A stretch of 64,000 bases of DNA from Bacteroidales bacterium (GTDB taxonomy: Bacteria; Bacteroidota; Bacteroidia; Bacteroidales; UBA3663): the NCBI GenBank assembly GCA_045576355.1, contig JAZNGG010000038.1, positions 35,232-99,231 on the forward strand, given 5' to 3'. The notes under the pieces are model-generated. The model ran no database searches. It saw nothing but the letters and a program-made list of their open reading frames with translations, and was not told the origin of the DNA. Positions within the stretch are counted from its first letter, which is position 1; each line of letters starts with the position of its first letter. The position numbers and the translations under genes were made by a program. Below, piece after piece: positions 54,801 through 64,000 of this stretch.

Positions 54801-57800
54801 TTATTGTAGCAATACTTTCTTCCCTTGGATAATGTATAAGCCCCGAGGGATTTTTATAGTTTCTATGGGTGTATTAGTTCGATGTACCAAATTTCCATAA
54901 ATGTTGTATATGTTATAATCTGACTCCGAATGAATGGATTCTATAACCGAAGCAGGTGTCTCAAACTTAATCCCATGAAGCACCATATCGGCACCATTCT
55001 CTTCGTTGCCCGTTTCCACTCCTGTATAGCTCACAATATACTTCTGGTCGGCATCTAATTTGAGGGTGGTTGCTGTCGATGTATATTGAGACGATATTCC
55101 CTGTGCCGTTTTAGATTGCCCTGATGTAGAAGTGGCTTTGACGAGGAGTGTCCGATCAGTGCTTCCGGCTGTGCAGGCATAGGCGGTAACCGATGATACT
55201 CCGGTGATATAGGTTTCCAGTCTTTTGGCTTCGTTTCCTTTTTTTAATAGGATACCACCTCCATTATATTGGGAGACACTTTCTCCTGTAGTCGGATCTA
55301 TAGTCCCTTTTTTGTTACTTTCTGTTTCTCCCCCTGAGAGCCACCCTTCTGCAGCGTGTTTGGATAAATAGTCGGTGGTGGTTAAGATTATGGTGTCACG
55401 GGTGAAATATTTATATACCTTTTCTTCCGGAAGCAGAGGCTCTTCGGGCTCTTCCGGTTGTTCGGGTTCTCCTGGGCAGTTTTCCTCATAAGGATTTAGA
55501 GTCAATTCCCATTCGAGACTAGCCATAATGAAAGGCCCGATACTTTTGCCCTCATTGCTTACAACGGTGACATCGCTTCCACAAAGATAATAGTCTGCGC
55601 TTCCATCCCGATTGGGAGATTTTGCCGGACCTAATCCAGCAGATTTACATCCATAGTGGATGTCTATCTGAAGGTCACTATTTTCGGTGATGAATGTATC
55701 TAAAATGCCTTGATAAGCTCGTATAGCTATGGAGCGATAACTCTCATCGATCAGATGAAGACGCAGTGCTTTAAGATAGGCATAGGTAAACATGCAAGAA
55801 GCAGAAGCCTCTAAATAGTTTTTCTTCCCACATTGGCTTACAAACGAATTATCATATTGAAGTAATTGATACCATACACCGCTATTAGGGTCTTGTCTCT
55901 CTTTGAGGCCATCTGCTACTTGACCTAAAATTTTGACCAATGATTCATAATCCGGATGGGAGACAGGCATCCACTCCAATACGTCAACAAGAGCCGCAAA
56001 ATACCAGCCCATGCCTCGTCCCCAAAATTCGCTGGAACATCCTTTATAAGCTCCATCTTGGTTTGCCCAAAAAGAGTTTGCATCATCAGGCGTCGCGCTC
56101 CATCCGTGGTAATTCAATTTTTTTTCTTGGTCGAATGTATGTCGGTGGATGGTGATGAACTGATGAGCTATATCTGTCCACCCTTCAGTATCTTCGGGTA
56201 AGAAATGATGCAAATATTCTGCATAGAAAGCAGCACCCATGTACAGCCCATCTAACCACATCTGATTGGGGTAAATGTCTTTATGAAAAAATCCTCCATA
56301 ACCCTCTTCTGTTTGAATCCTGGAATATTGATACCTTAAATAGTTGTAAAGAAAATCTGCTGCATTTTTATATTTGGCAGCGAGTTTGTCTCCTTCTTCT
56401 GTATTACGAGCAATTTCTCTATTATAAAGGTTAAAAAAAATTTTTCCGGAAGCAATATTATCAATATTACCGGTCTTGAAGTTTTTAAATGACCCATTAT
56501 CATTGAGCGCATTATCAGTATAAAATTTACTCCATGCGTATGCCTCTTCGCACCAGGTATCCATGGGGTATTGTTCACAGCATTTTAGCAATGACTTTGT
56601 AACTAAGCCACTTACATAGTCCCAAGACTTATCGGCAGACCATGATTGACCATGAGACAAAACCATGCGCCTTGAATAGTAGTTGGCAGGTGCAGTAAGA
56701 ATTTCCAGCAGATCGTCTATTGTTGCTCCCGCTCCATAGGGGGATTGGAGTAGTTGGGGTACTTTATCTGTGGGTATAACATTGTAATTATAAGGGACCT
56801 CCAATGAAATATCTGTATTACTCGAATTATCATATCTGCCTAACCCATAGTTATTTCGCGTGTGATAATATAAGTCAGCATAGTTGCCGGGATAGAAAGG
56901 TCTGCTGATACCATCTTCTGCATAATTACCCTCTATGAGAGCATGCGAGTTGGCATTGATGGCAATAGCTGTGCTTTTAGGTGCGCAATTATAATAATTA
57001 TTAAGAAGATGTATATAGACCCAATCGGCAAGAGGCATTCGGTTTGTGCATCCTTCTCCCCAGATGTTATAGGCATAAGTGATATATTGAAGGTATCCTT
57101 TATTCCATCCTACACCATTTGAATATGGATGCGAAAAACTCCGTTCGGTATATCTAAAGATGTTCCATGAATATGTGACAAACTGCTCTCCACCTTCTCT
57201 CTTTCCACTATCAAGATTGCCGTCCATCCCATCAATAAATTCACAATGGTCAATCCAAACATGAGTCGCCCCATAATTGGATATTAAATCAGCCCCTCCG
57301 ACATCTACACTGCCGGGGCCAACAAAAATCAAGTTACGGATAATGATGTTTTCATTAGAACTATCCATATTTAAGATGCCGGATGAGCGATAGTTTTCTT
57401 TTTCATCTCCTAAAAAGTCAATAATTGTTTGTCGTGTGTGTAATTCTCTTTCTTCATCTACATGCCGACCATTGCTGAGTGTCCCCCCTGTGCCGGAACT
57501 GCTGGAGTACTTCTCGAGATTAGCATCTGTTAAAGCTTGTTTCAATTCGGGTGTAATATGCCATTGTGTGCAGAGTCTTGCGTTATTTCTTCCTAAGATG
57601 GTTTTATCTTTTATGTTAGGGATTGACATGCTGTTTGAAATGGAAAAATCTCCCTTTTCACCATCCAGGATAATTACATCAAAATTTGCTATCGCATCCA
57701 TGATTCTCTCTCTATCGTTTTCACCATTAGAGTAGAGAATAATCGTGTCCGGATGAGCAGATCTGTTTCCTCCACAAAGGTGATATGGATTTCCCCGGAC

Positions 57801-57956
57801 ATTACTGCATGTCGCCCATCCGAAAGGTTTAATATGAAAATAACTAATGACTTCTTCTGCTGTGGTTTGAGATAAAACATTAGAGCATGAGATAGTGCAA
57901 AACAATGCCAGCATTGTTTGGGCTTTTGTCACGTTGAAAAATTTATTTGCTTTCAT
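54801..57956 (-). CDS. multidomain pectin-degrading enzyme: PL1 pectate lyase + GH105 unsaturated rhamnogalacturonyl hydrolase + T9SS C-terminal domain
   Basis: Signal peptide. PL1 motifs VWIDHCEFIDGMDGNLD, VTYSWNIF, TNRMPLADWVYIHLLNNYY. GH105/GH88-type motifs YPNQMWLDGLYMGAAFYAEY and FWGRGMGWYFAALVDVLEWMP. Pro/Glu linker and a beta-rich domain. C-terminus IKIPRGLYIIQGKKVLLQ. Confidence 0.85.
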   Translation of the reverse strand: MKANKFFNVTKAQTMLALFCTISCSNVLSQTTAEEVISYFHIKPFGWATCSNVRGNPYHLCGGNRSAHPDTIILYSNGENDRERIMDAIANFDVIILDGEKGDFSISNSMSIPNIKDKTILGRNNARLCTQWHITPELKQALTDANLEKYSSSSGTGGTLSNGRHVDEERELHTRQTIIDFLGDEKENYRSSGILNMDSSNENIIIRNLIFVGPGSVDVGGADLISNYGATHVWIDHCEFIDGMDGNLDSGKREGGEQFVTYSWNIFRYTERSFSHPYSNGVGWNKGYLQYITYAYNIWGEGCTNRMPLADWVYIHLLNNYYNCAPKSTAIAINANSHALIEGNYAEDGISRPFYPGNYADLYYHTRNNYGLGRYDNSSNTDISLEVPYNYNVIPTDKVPQLLQSPYGAGATIDDLLEILTAPANYYSRRMVLSHGQSWSADKSWDYVSGLVTKSLLKCCEQYPMDTWCEEAYAWSKFYTDNALNDNGSFKNFKTGNIDNIASGKIFFNLYNREIARNTEEGDKLAAKYKNAADFLYNYLRYQYSRIQTEEGYGGFFHKDIYPNQMWLDGLYMGAAFYAEYLHHFLPEDTEGWTDIAHQFITIHRHTFDQEKKLNYHGWSATPDDANSFWANQDGAYKGCSSEFWGRGMGWYFAALVDVLEWMPVSHPDYESLVKILGQVADGLKERQDPNSGVWYQLLQYDNSFVSQCGKKNYLEASASCMFTYAYLKALRLHLIDESYRSIAIRAYQGILDTFITENSDLQIDIHYGCKSAGLGPAKSPNRDGSADYYLCGSDVTVVSNEGKSIGPFIMASLEWELTLNPYEENCPGEPEQPEEPEEPLLPEEKVYKYFTRDTIILTTTDYLSKHAAEGWLSGGETESNKKGTIDPTTGESVSQYNGGGILLKKGNEAKRLETYITGVSSVTAYACTAGSTDRTLLVKATSTSGQSKTAQGISSQYTSTATTLKLDADQKYIVSYTGVETGNEENGADMVLHGIKFETPASVIESIHSESDYNIYNIYGNLVHRTNTPIETIKIPRGLYIIQGKKVLLQ

Positions 57957-58267
57957 ATATGAAAAAAATTACAGAAGGGCTCATATTATCCAAATAGGGA
58001 GGGATTCGGCCTTTTGTTGTGTTTGCCGCAAATTTACATCAGCCTGATAGATAATACAATGTTAAGTATATAAAAAATGTGTTTATGAATACAAGAGGCT
58101 GTTTAATTTAGAAATTTCTATATTAGAATTAGCAAAATCTCTACTATTCTCATAAATATATATAGTTTTGTAGGGGATTAATAGTTTGGAATATTTTTTT
58201 ATCATGCGACATAACCAATATTTCGTAAAATATGTGTATCTTTGTCCTCAAAATAACAGGAAACGAT

Positions 58268-59356
58268 ATGTTGGGTAATAAACACTTGTTTTTACAGTCC
58301 TTGTGGACATTTCTTTTCATTTCATTAGTAAGTCTCGTTCATGCTCAAGGGCGTAAGGAGATACGTTTTAGTGTAGCGTTTTATAACGTAGAGAATCTGT
58401 TTGACACGATTCATGATGTTCTCACTCAAGAGGTGGATGGTCAGATAATTAAGATTGCAGACAAGAATGACTATGAATTTCTCCCGGAGGGTTCCTACAA
58501 ATGGAATTCTATGAAGTATAGAGCCAAACAGCAAAATATGTCAGAGGTGATTGCTATGCTTGGTACTGGAGGAAAAGTACCGGTTTATCCGGCTGTTATA
58601 GGGTTGTCTGAAGTGGAGAATTTGGCAGTATTAGAGGAATTAGTGGCACAACCTGCTCTCTCTGGCAGAGGCTATAAGATCATTCATACAGAAGGCCCGG
58701 ATCGTCGTGGTGTCGATTGTGCTTTTCTTTATAATCCGAAACAATTTAAGTTGGAGAATTATAATTTAATTCCATATCAGTCAGAGGATACTACTTATGC
58801 TACTCGTGGCTTTCTGTTGGCTACGGGAACAATTTTAAAAGAAAAATTTCATTTTATTGTAGTACATTGGCCCTCACGTGCAGCAGCTTCTCCTGCACGT
58901 GAAAGAGGAGGAGAACAAGTGTGTGCCATCAAGGATTCATTGTTGCAGATTGATCCCGCATCTCATGTCATTGTTATGGGTGACATGAATGATGACCCCG
59001 ATGACAAGAGCATGGCTGAGTCTCTTGGAGCAAAACGTAAAGTTAAAAATTGTGGTCCTCTTGATTTGTGGAATCCTTTTTGGGACACTTTAAGAAAGGA
59101 TGGACAAGGCTCGTTGCTCTATCGAGGACAGTGGAATTTGTTTGATAATATTGTCCTCTCTTCCAATTTGGTGGGAAAAGGTGAAACAGGTGATATTCGC
59201 TATCTGCGTCATGAGGTTTTTGTCAGAGATTTTCTTTTCCAGACAGAGGGTAAATATAAGGGATATCCTAAGCGTACCCACGCAGGAGGAGTGTGGCTGA
59301 ATGGATATAGTGATCATTTGCCGACAATCGTTTATTTTGCTAAAGAGGTAAAGTGA
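58268..59356 (+). CDS. secreted endonuclease/exonuclease/phosphatase (EEP) family protein
   Basis: Start moved to ATG 58268 (signal peptide ...SLVHAQG). Motifs FYNVENLFDT, GLSEVEN, GDMNDDPDD and SDHLP. Confidence 0.85.
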   Translation: MLGNKHLFLQSLWTFLFISLVSLVHAQGRKEIRFSVAFYNVENLFDTIHDVLTQEVDGQIIKIADKNDYEFLPEGSYKWNSMKYRAKQQNMSEVIAMLGTGGKVPVYPAVIGLSEVENLAVLEELVAQPALSGRGYKIIHTEGPDRRGVDCAFLYNPKQFKLENYNLIPYQSEDTTYATRGFLLATGTILKEKFHFIVVHWPSRAAASPARERGGEQVCAIKDSLLQIDPASHVIVMGDMNDDPDDKSMAESLGAKRKVKNCGPLDLWNPFWDTLRKDGQGSLLYRGQWNLFDNIVLSSNLVGKGETGDIRYLRHEVFVRDFLFQTEGKYKGYPKRTHAGGVWLNGYSDHLPTIVYFAKEVK

Positions 59357-59440
59357 TGTTTTTATAATAAAATCCCAAGATATTTAAAGAGGTTTTTCAA
59401 TAGAATCCAGAATATAAAATAATAAATAATTAATTACTTT

Positions 59441-61597
59441 ATGAAACACAATTTACTTATTACGACCATTTGTTGTCTATGCTTTGGTCAGCTATTTGCC
59501 CAAGGTACAGATGATTTTACAACATTAACTCCCAACAATAAATATGCTACTTATACGACGACGGCAGGTTGGGTAGGAGAGAACTGTGCTGTTTTGGCAG
59601 GAGGTGCTGAAGACAAGAATCCCATTTTTAAAATGTTTGGAGACTCTGATGCTACAAAGGCTCTATGCATGAATGGTAAGACAACTACTGTAGGAAAGAT
59701 TACTTCTCCTATTTTGAGCGGTGGTTGTGGAACTCTATCTTTTGACTATGGTTACCCATTTTCAGAGAGCAAGGGTGTTAGTTTTCACGTTGCCATAATG
59801 CAAGGAGATGTTGTGACTCATGAATTTGATGTTATTAATACATCTTTACAAAAATTCGAAAAAGAGCGTTGTTCGGAGGTGGTCAATCTTGCTGGTGATT
59901 TTCAAATTGTCATGACCAATAATTCTCCTAGCAATAGTACAAGTAATAAAGATAGATTTGCTGTGTGGAATATCGCTTGGACAGAATGTGCAGGAGGTGG
60001 AGATCAGATCGTTGTGGACGCTCCTGTAGTAACTCCCGAAAGTGGAACTTATGCAAGTGAGCAAATGGTGACAATTACAGTCGCTGATGGGCTTAAGGCT
60101 TACTATACATTGGACTCTTCGACACCAACAACATCCTCAACTCTTTATACACAGCCTTTTAGCATTAGTAATACTACTACTCTTAAAGTTGTGGCTGCTG
60201 ATGCTTCCGGTAATCTTAGTAAGGTGGTTACTCGAGTTTATACCATTTCTAAGGAGTACTCATCTATTGCAGATATGAAACGAGAAGCAACAACTGTCAA
60301 GGCTCCGGTGATTTTCTCTTTTAAAGACCTCTTAGTTACTGGCGTTTCTGGTAAATATCTATATGTTTCTGACGGGCAAGATGGCTTCTTGCTTTATGGC
60401 ACGACCTCTTCTTTGCAGGCAGGAGACAAGATCAGTGGTAAAGTGAGTGGAAATCTTTATCTTTATAATGGATTGACTGAAATGGATGGTCATAATTTTG
60501 ATGAAGTTACCATTTCTTCTCAAGGTAATCCTGTTGAACCCAAAGTTGTAACCATAGCTGATATTGCTGTAGGTGATGGTTATAAAACTTACGAGTCCCT
60601 TCCGGTTAAAGTTTGTGGCCTTTCTTTTGCATCCACAGAGTTAAATAACAAAAATGTAACTCTTATAGATGAATTTGACAATGAGATAATTTTTAGAGAT
60701 CAGTTTAATATATGGGGTGAACTTAACATCGATCTTACGAAAACATATGATATCACAGCTTTTGTGCAGAACTATAATGGTACACCACAATTATCTTCTT
60801 TGAAAGCTGCTGATATCTGCATTGTGACTAATCTTAACATTCCAACAGTTCAGTTTGAATTAGATTCTGTAATTGTTAAGGGCCTTGATGCTAATGTTGT
60901 TAATCTTTTGACTACTAATTCTGATGGCGCTATAACTTATAGCTCTTCAAATCCCAATGTTGCAACAGTATCTGCTGATGGTCAAATCACTCTTGTCGGT
61001 TATGGAGTTACTACCATCAAAGCTGAAACCGCAGAAACATCTACTTATGTTAATGCTTTTGATCAATACATTTTACTTGTTCTTTCTGCCGGTGATGGTA
61101 GTTCAATAGCTACTGCATATATTAGTTCAGATTTGGATTATTATAATGGAACTGTGACAGATAAGGTATGGATTTGTGGATATATGGTGGGGTATATAAA
61201 TGGTGCGTCTATGAATACTGGTGCTACATTTGCCATCCCGGAAAGTCAAGAAACAGAAGTTTTAATTGCTACAACTCCGGACGAAACAGATCCTCTTCGT
61301 TGTGTTCCTGTTCAACTTCCTAAGGGTGCAATTCGAGATGCATTGGATTTGTTTACAGTGCAGAAAAACTATCGTCAGCAAGTTTGGGTTTATGGTAATA
61401 TTGCCACTTACTTTGGTTGTCCTGGTGTAAAAAATGTATCTGATTATAGTTTAAATGGTCAGACAGCCAGCATATCTTCTCCGACACATGAGGTTGAAAA
61501 AGATAATACCATCTATAACCTTTTAGGCATTCGTGTTGATAATATAACACGTCCTGGCATTTATATTGTCGGAGGTAAAAAAGTAATAGTAAAATAA
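59441..61597 (+). CDS. T9SS cargo protein: CHB_HEX_C-like, OB-fold-like, Big_2 and DUF6359-like domains
   Basis: Signal peptide. GTYASEQMVTITVADGLKAYYTLDSSTPTTSSTLYTQPF (chitobiase C-terminal-type). KAPVIFSFKDLLVTGVSGKYLYVSDG...GDKISGKVSG (OB-like). ITYSSSNPNVATVSADGQITLVGYG (Big_2). The C-terminal region resembles DUF6359. CTD ends ...TRPGIYIVGGKKVIVK. Confidence 0.7.
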   Translation: MKHNLLITTICCLCFGQLFAQGTDDFTTLTPNNKYATYTTTAGWVGENCAVLAGGAEDKNPIFKMFGDSDATKALCMNGKTTTVGKITSPILSGGCGTLSFDYGYPFSESKGVSFHVAIMQGDVVTHEFDVINTSLQKFEKERCSEVVNLAGDFQIVMTNNSPSNSTSNKDRFAVWNIAWTECAGGGDQIVVDAPVVTPESGTYASEQMVTITVADGLKAYYTLDSSTPTTSSTLYTQPFSISNTTTLKVVAADASGNLSKVVTRVYTISKEYSSIADMKREATTVKAPVIFSFKDLLVTGVSGKYLYVSDGQDGFLLYGTTSSLQAGDKISGKVSGNLYLYNGLTEMDGHNFDEVTISSQGNPVEPKVVTIADIAVGDGYKTYESLPVKVCGLSFASTELNNKNVTLIDEFDNEIIFRDQFNIWGELNIDLTKTYDITAFVQNYNGTPQLSSLKAADICIVTNLNIPTVQFELDSVIVKGLDANVVNLLTTNSDGAITYSSSNPNVATVSADGQITLVGYGVTTIKAETAETSTYVNAFDQYILLVLSAGDGSSIATAYISSDLDYYNGTVTDKVWICGYMVGYINGASMNTGATFAIPESQETEVLIATTPDETDPLRCVPVQLPKGAIRDALDLFTVQKNYRQQVWVYGNIATYFGCPGVKNVSDYSLNGQTASISSPTHEVEKDNTIYNLLGIRVDNITRPGIYIVGGKKVIVK

Positions 61598-61640
61598 ATT
61601 TTTATCCGAACATATTCATTGAATAATTAATCTCAGACAT

Positions 61641-62351
61641 ATGAAAAAGTTTTTTATTTCATTTTTAGCTGTTGCTGTTACTCTTTTGATAACTGCAAGT
61701 TGTACGACTATGTCTAACACCGGAAAAGGTACTGCTATTGGAGCCGGAGGTGGTGCAGCTTTAGGTGCTTTAATAGGAACATTAGTTAGTGGAAAAAGTG
61801 ATAAAGGTAAAGGTGCTATTATTGGAGCAGCTATAGGCGCAGGAGTAGGAGGCGGCACAGGTGCTATTATCGGTAAACAAATGGATAAAAAAGCTGCTGC
61901 ACTTCAGGCAGAGTTAGCTCAGGCTGCCGCTGTAGAAACGGTTGAAGACTCAAATGGATTAAAAGCGATCAAGGTTACTTTTAATAATAATATACTATTC
62001 GGCTTTAATTCTTCCACACTTGGAGCTGATGCAAAGATATCTTTAGACAAATTTGCAGCATCTATGAATCAGTCCGATTTATCAACTACAGCCATTGTTG
62101 TTAAAGGACATACAGATAATGTAGGTTCAGCTTCTGCTAACCAAAGTGTATCACTTAAGCGTGCTCAGGCTGTAGGTAATTATTTGCGTCAACGAAATAT
62201 TACTTCTGATCGTTTGACAGAAACAGGTTGTTCTTATGACGAACCTATTGCTAGTAATGATACTGAAGCCGGACGTGCTCAAAATCGTCGTGTAGAGGTA
62301 TTTATTATTGCGACTGAAGCCACTGTACAACAATATTCTACTGCACAATAA
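61641..62351 (+). CDS. OmpA-family lipoprotein with glycine-zipper region
   Basis: Lipobox ITASC, Gly-rich GAGGGAALGALIG...GAGVGGGTGAIIG, and OmpA_C motifs NILFGFNSS, GHTDNVGS and NRRVEV. Confidence 0.9.
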   Translation: MKKFFISFLAVAVTLLITASCTTMSNTGKGTAIGAGGGAALGALIGTLVSGKSDKGKGAIIGAAIGAGVGGGTGAIIGKQMDKKAAALQAELAQAAAVETVEDSNGLKAIKVTFNNNILFGFNSSTLGADAKISLDKFAASMNQSDLSTTAIVVKGHTDNVGSASANQSVSLKRAQAVGNYLRQRNITSDRLTETGCSYDEPIASNDTEAGRAQNRRVEVFIIATEATVQQYSTAQ

Positions 62352-62359
62352 TAAATAAT

Positions 62360-63241
62360 ATGGCTAAGTTATTTTCTATATTTTTTGCATCACTCTTTTT
62401 TGCGAGTATTTCGCTGTATGCTCAAGGATCGAATACTCATAAAGATGTTTATTTATGGCCTAATGGAATGCCTAATAGTAATGGTGCAGAGGAGAAACCT
62501 ATAGGGAATCAAGAAAAGCGTGTTGCTAAACCATTCATGCGTTTCTTTATGCCAGAAGCTCAGAAGGCTACCGGCCGCATTGTGTTAGCTTTACCGGGTG
62601 GAGGTTACTCGCATCTTGCTTGGGGACATGAAGGGTATGATTGGGCACCTTTCTTCAATGAACGAGGTATTGCTTTGGTCGTATTAAATTATCGAATGCC
62701 CTATGGTAACACTGAGGTCCCGGCGAGTGATGTCTATGAGGCTATTCGATATCTGAGAGCTCATGCCGCAGACTTAAAGATTAATCCTAATGATTTAGGC
62801 ATTATGGGTTCTTCTGCCGGAGGACATTTGGCATCGACTGTTGCAACTCATGCGGTAGAGGCGGTACGTCCCAATTTTCAGATACTATTCTATCCGGTTA
62901 TTACTATGGATACCACTTTTACCCATCGAGGCTCGCATAATAACCTGCTTGGGAAACATCCAACAGAAGGATTGGTGAAGAAATACTCCAATGAGAAACA
63001 AGTTGATAGTATGACACCTCCAGCAATTCTGCTTTGTAGTCATGATGATAGAGCGGTCCCTACTCGCAACTCTGTCGAGTATTATTTGGCATTGCAACGC
63101 AATGGAGTTCCTGCTTCTCTGCATATTTATCCTACAGGGGGACATGGATGGGGAAGTCGAAAGAACTTTAAGTTTCATGAAGCAATGATTCGTGATTTAT
63201 CTGATTGGCTAGAACAGTTAAAGGTGAAATCGGATAAGTAG
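62360..63241 (+). CDS. alpha/beta hydrolase (esterase)
   Basis: Signal peptide, oxyanion-hole LPGGGY, nucleophile elbow GSSAGGHL and a C-terminal GGHGW. Confidence 0.85.
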   Translation: MAKLFSIFFASLFFASISLYAQGSNTHKDVYLWPNGMPNSNGAEEKPIGNQEKRVAKPFMRFFMPEAQKATGRIVLALPGGGYSHLAWGHEGYDWAPFFNERGIALVVLNYRMPYGNTEVPASDVYEAIRYLRAHAADLKINPNDLGIMGSSAGGHLASTVATHAVEAVRPNFQILFYPVITMDTTFTHRGSHNNLLGKHPTEGLVKKYSNEKQVDSMTPPAILLCSHDDRAVPTRNSVEYYLALQRNGVPASLHIYPTGGHGWGSRKNFKFHEAMIRDLSDWLEQLKVKSDK

Positions 63242-63265
63242 TTTTATCCTTGATTATTCTTATAA

Positions 63266-63301
63266 AACGATTCGCTAATGCTTGAGCAGAAGCGAATCGT
63301 T
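63266..63301 (+). terminator. hairpin after esterase gene
   Basis: aacgattcgct / agcgaatcgtt, an 11-bp perfect stem with a 14-nt loop. The U-tract is weak. Confidence 0.5.
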
Positions 63302-63503
63302 GCTTATATGAATCTCTATGGGTGATGATGATACAAATTTCTGCTCAAAAACGGATTATTCATGGTATCCATCATTTTAAGGATATAAATTGTTATTTTT
63401 GTAAAGATACGTCTCAATATAGAAAAAACGGAAATATTTTTGTTTTTCTCATTCGAAAGCCTATCTTTGCCATTAAATATAATGTGGTGTAGAAACTTGA
63501 TTG

Positions 63504-64000
63504 GTGAAAAAAATTTCAGAGCAATTACATAAACTATCTCCAACAAATGTCCCAACTCTTCCCAAAGTCCCTAAAAGACGATGGGGAAGTCGTTTGTTTG
63601 TGTGTATTATAGTAGTTGTTTTTCTTGTTATTCTTACCCCTTTGACTCTTTATATCCCTTCGGTTCAACGTCGGGTTTGTGATGAAGTAGTGGCCTTGCT
63701 CAATGATAATCCTCATCAACTCCATTATGAAGTAGGAGGTATAAGTTTGTCATTCCCTTTACGACTTAAAGTGACGGATGTTGTTGCATATCGAGGAGAA
63801 AGTGACACGCTGTTTTATATGAAGAAATTGGTAACAGGATTGGATAAAATTCCTGTTTTCCAGCAGTATTATCTAATCCGAAAGTTAGATATTTCTGATT
63901 TAAAACTTTATGTAGATGACTTTTCTCCATCTTTAGGAATGGTAGGAGAGGTTAAAAGTCTTGCCATACGTAATTTTGCTGTAGATCCAGAAAAAGGAAA
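63504..64000 (+). CDS. partial CDS (N-terminus; continues past window end): TamB-like translocation/assembly module protein
   Basis: Frame is open from GTG 63504 (in-frame TGA stop at 63498-63500) to the window end: VKKISEQLHKL...RLFVCIIVVVFLVILTPLTLYIPSVQRRVCDEVVALLNDN...GGISLSFPLRLKVTDVV. The TM anchor plus the YIPxVQ...ISLSFPL pattern resembles Bacteroidales TamB N-termini. Absent from the ORF track because it is truncated. Confidence 0.6.
   Translation, partial: MKKISEQLHKLSPTNVPTLPKVPKRRWGSRLFVCIIVVVFLVILTPLTLYIPSVQRRVCDEVVALLNDNPHQLHYEVGGISLSFPLRLKVTDVVAYRGESDTLFYMKKLVTGLDKIPVFQQYYLIRKLDISDLKLYVDDFSPSLGMVGEVKSLAIRNFAVDPEKG

Noticed and set aside
1-64000. Search by eye for rRNA, tRNA, tmRNA, RNase P and SRP RNA signatures in the intergenic regions
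   Set aside because: I saw no GGTTCGAATCC-type T-loops, GAGGAAAGTCCGGGC (RNase P), GGGGCTGA...CCA (tmRNA) or GGAAGGAAGCAGC (SRP) signatures. The scan was not exhaustive, so tRNAscan/Infernal should confirm it.

Overview
The window looks like an AT-rich Bacteroidales chromosome segment. This call rests on type IX secretion (T9SS) components and cargo, the porQ-cmk-ispH and DUF1599/DoxX/tpiA/SPOR/folE gene orders, TAnnTTTG -7 promoter boxes and lipoproteins with acidic residues after the lipid Cys. Most of it is core housekeeping: tpiA, folE, cmk, ispH, pfkA, recQ, an ABC-F ATPase, rho, tsaB, yicC, gmk, nadD, htpG, glyA and pckA. It also carries envelope genes (TonB, PorQ, AsmA-like, TamB-like, OmpA, an L,D-transpeptidase) and a pectin/rhamnose theme: a rhaB-rhaA-rhaT-rhaD operon, a PL1 pectate lyase and a PL1-GH105 fusion, both lyases with T9SS C-terminal sorting domains. 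A secreted EEP nuclease sits next to an OB-fold/DUF6359 T9SS cargo protein. I did not recognise any rRNA, tRNA, CRISPR array, intact mobile element or canonical defence system. The observations most worth a second look are listed here. (1) Three non-coding loci carry direct repeats in exact 22-bp register around a CGCG-containing core (13827-13914, 46764-46876, and a weaker one at 34591-34634). (2) A block of raised GC runs from about 40.9 to 54.2 kb; its left edge falls inside the AsmA-like ORF and its right part is a strongly GC-rich island. (3) That island is a cobalamin-riboswitch-controlled btuB / beta-propeller lipoprotein / btuF / btuC operon with no ABC ATPase gene, followed by a TrmH-family methyltransferase. 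(4) The island is flanked by repeat-rich non-coding scars. (5) An orphan small gene (14394-14786) lies in a 1.4 kb gap between pfkA and recQ. All functional calls come from motif recognition by eye; no database search was possible. I cannot point to a convincing new multi-gene system. The phased repeat arrays and the orphan cassette are the most unexplained items.
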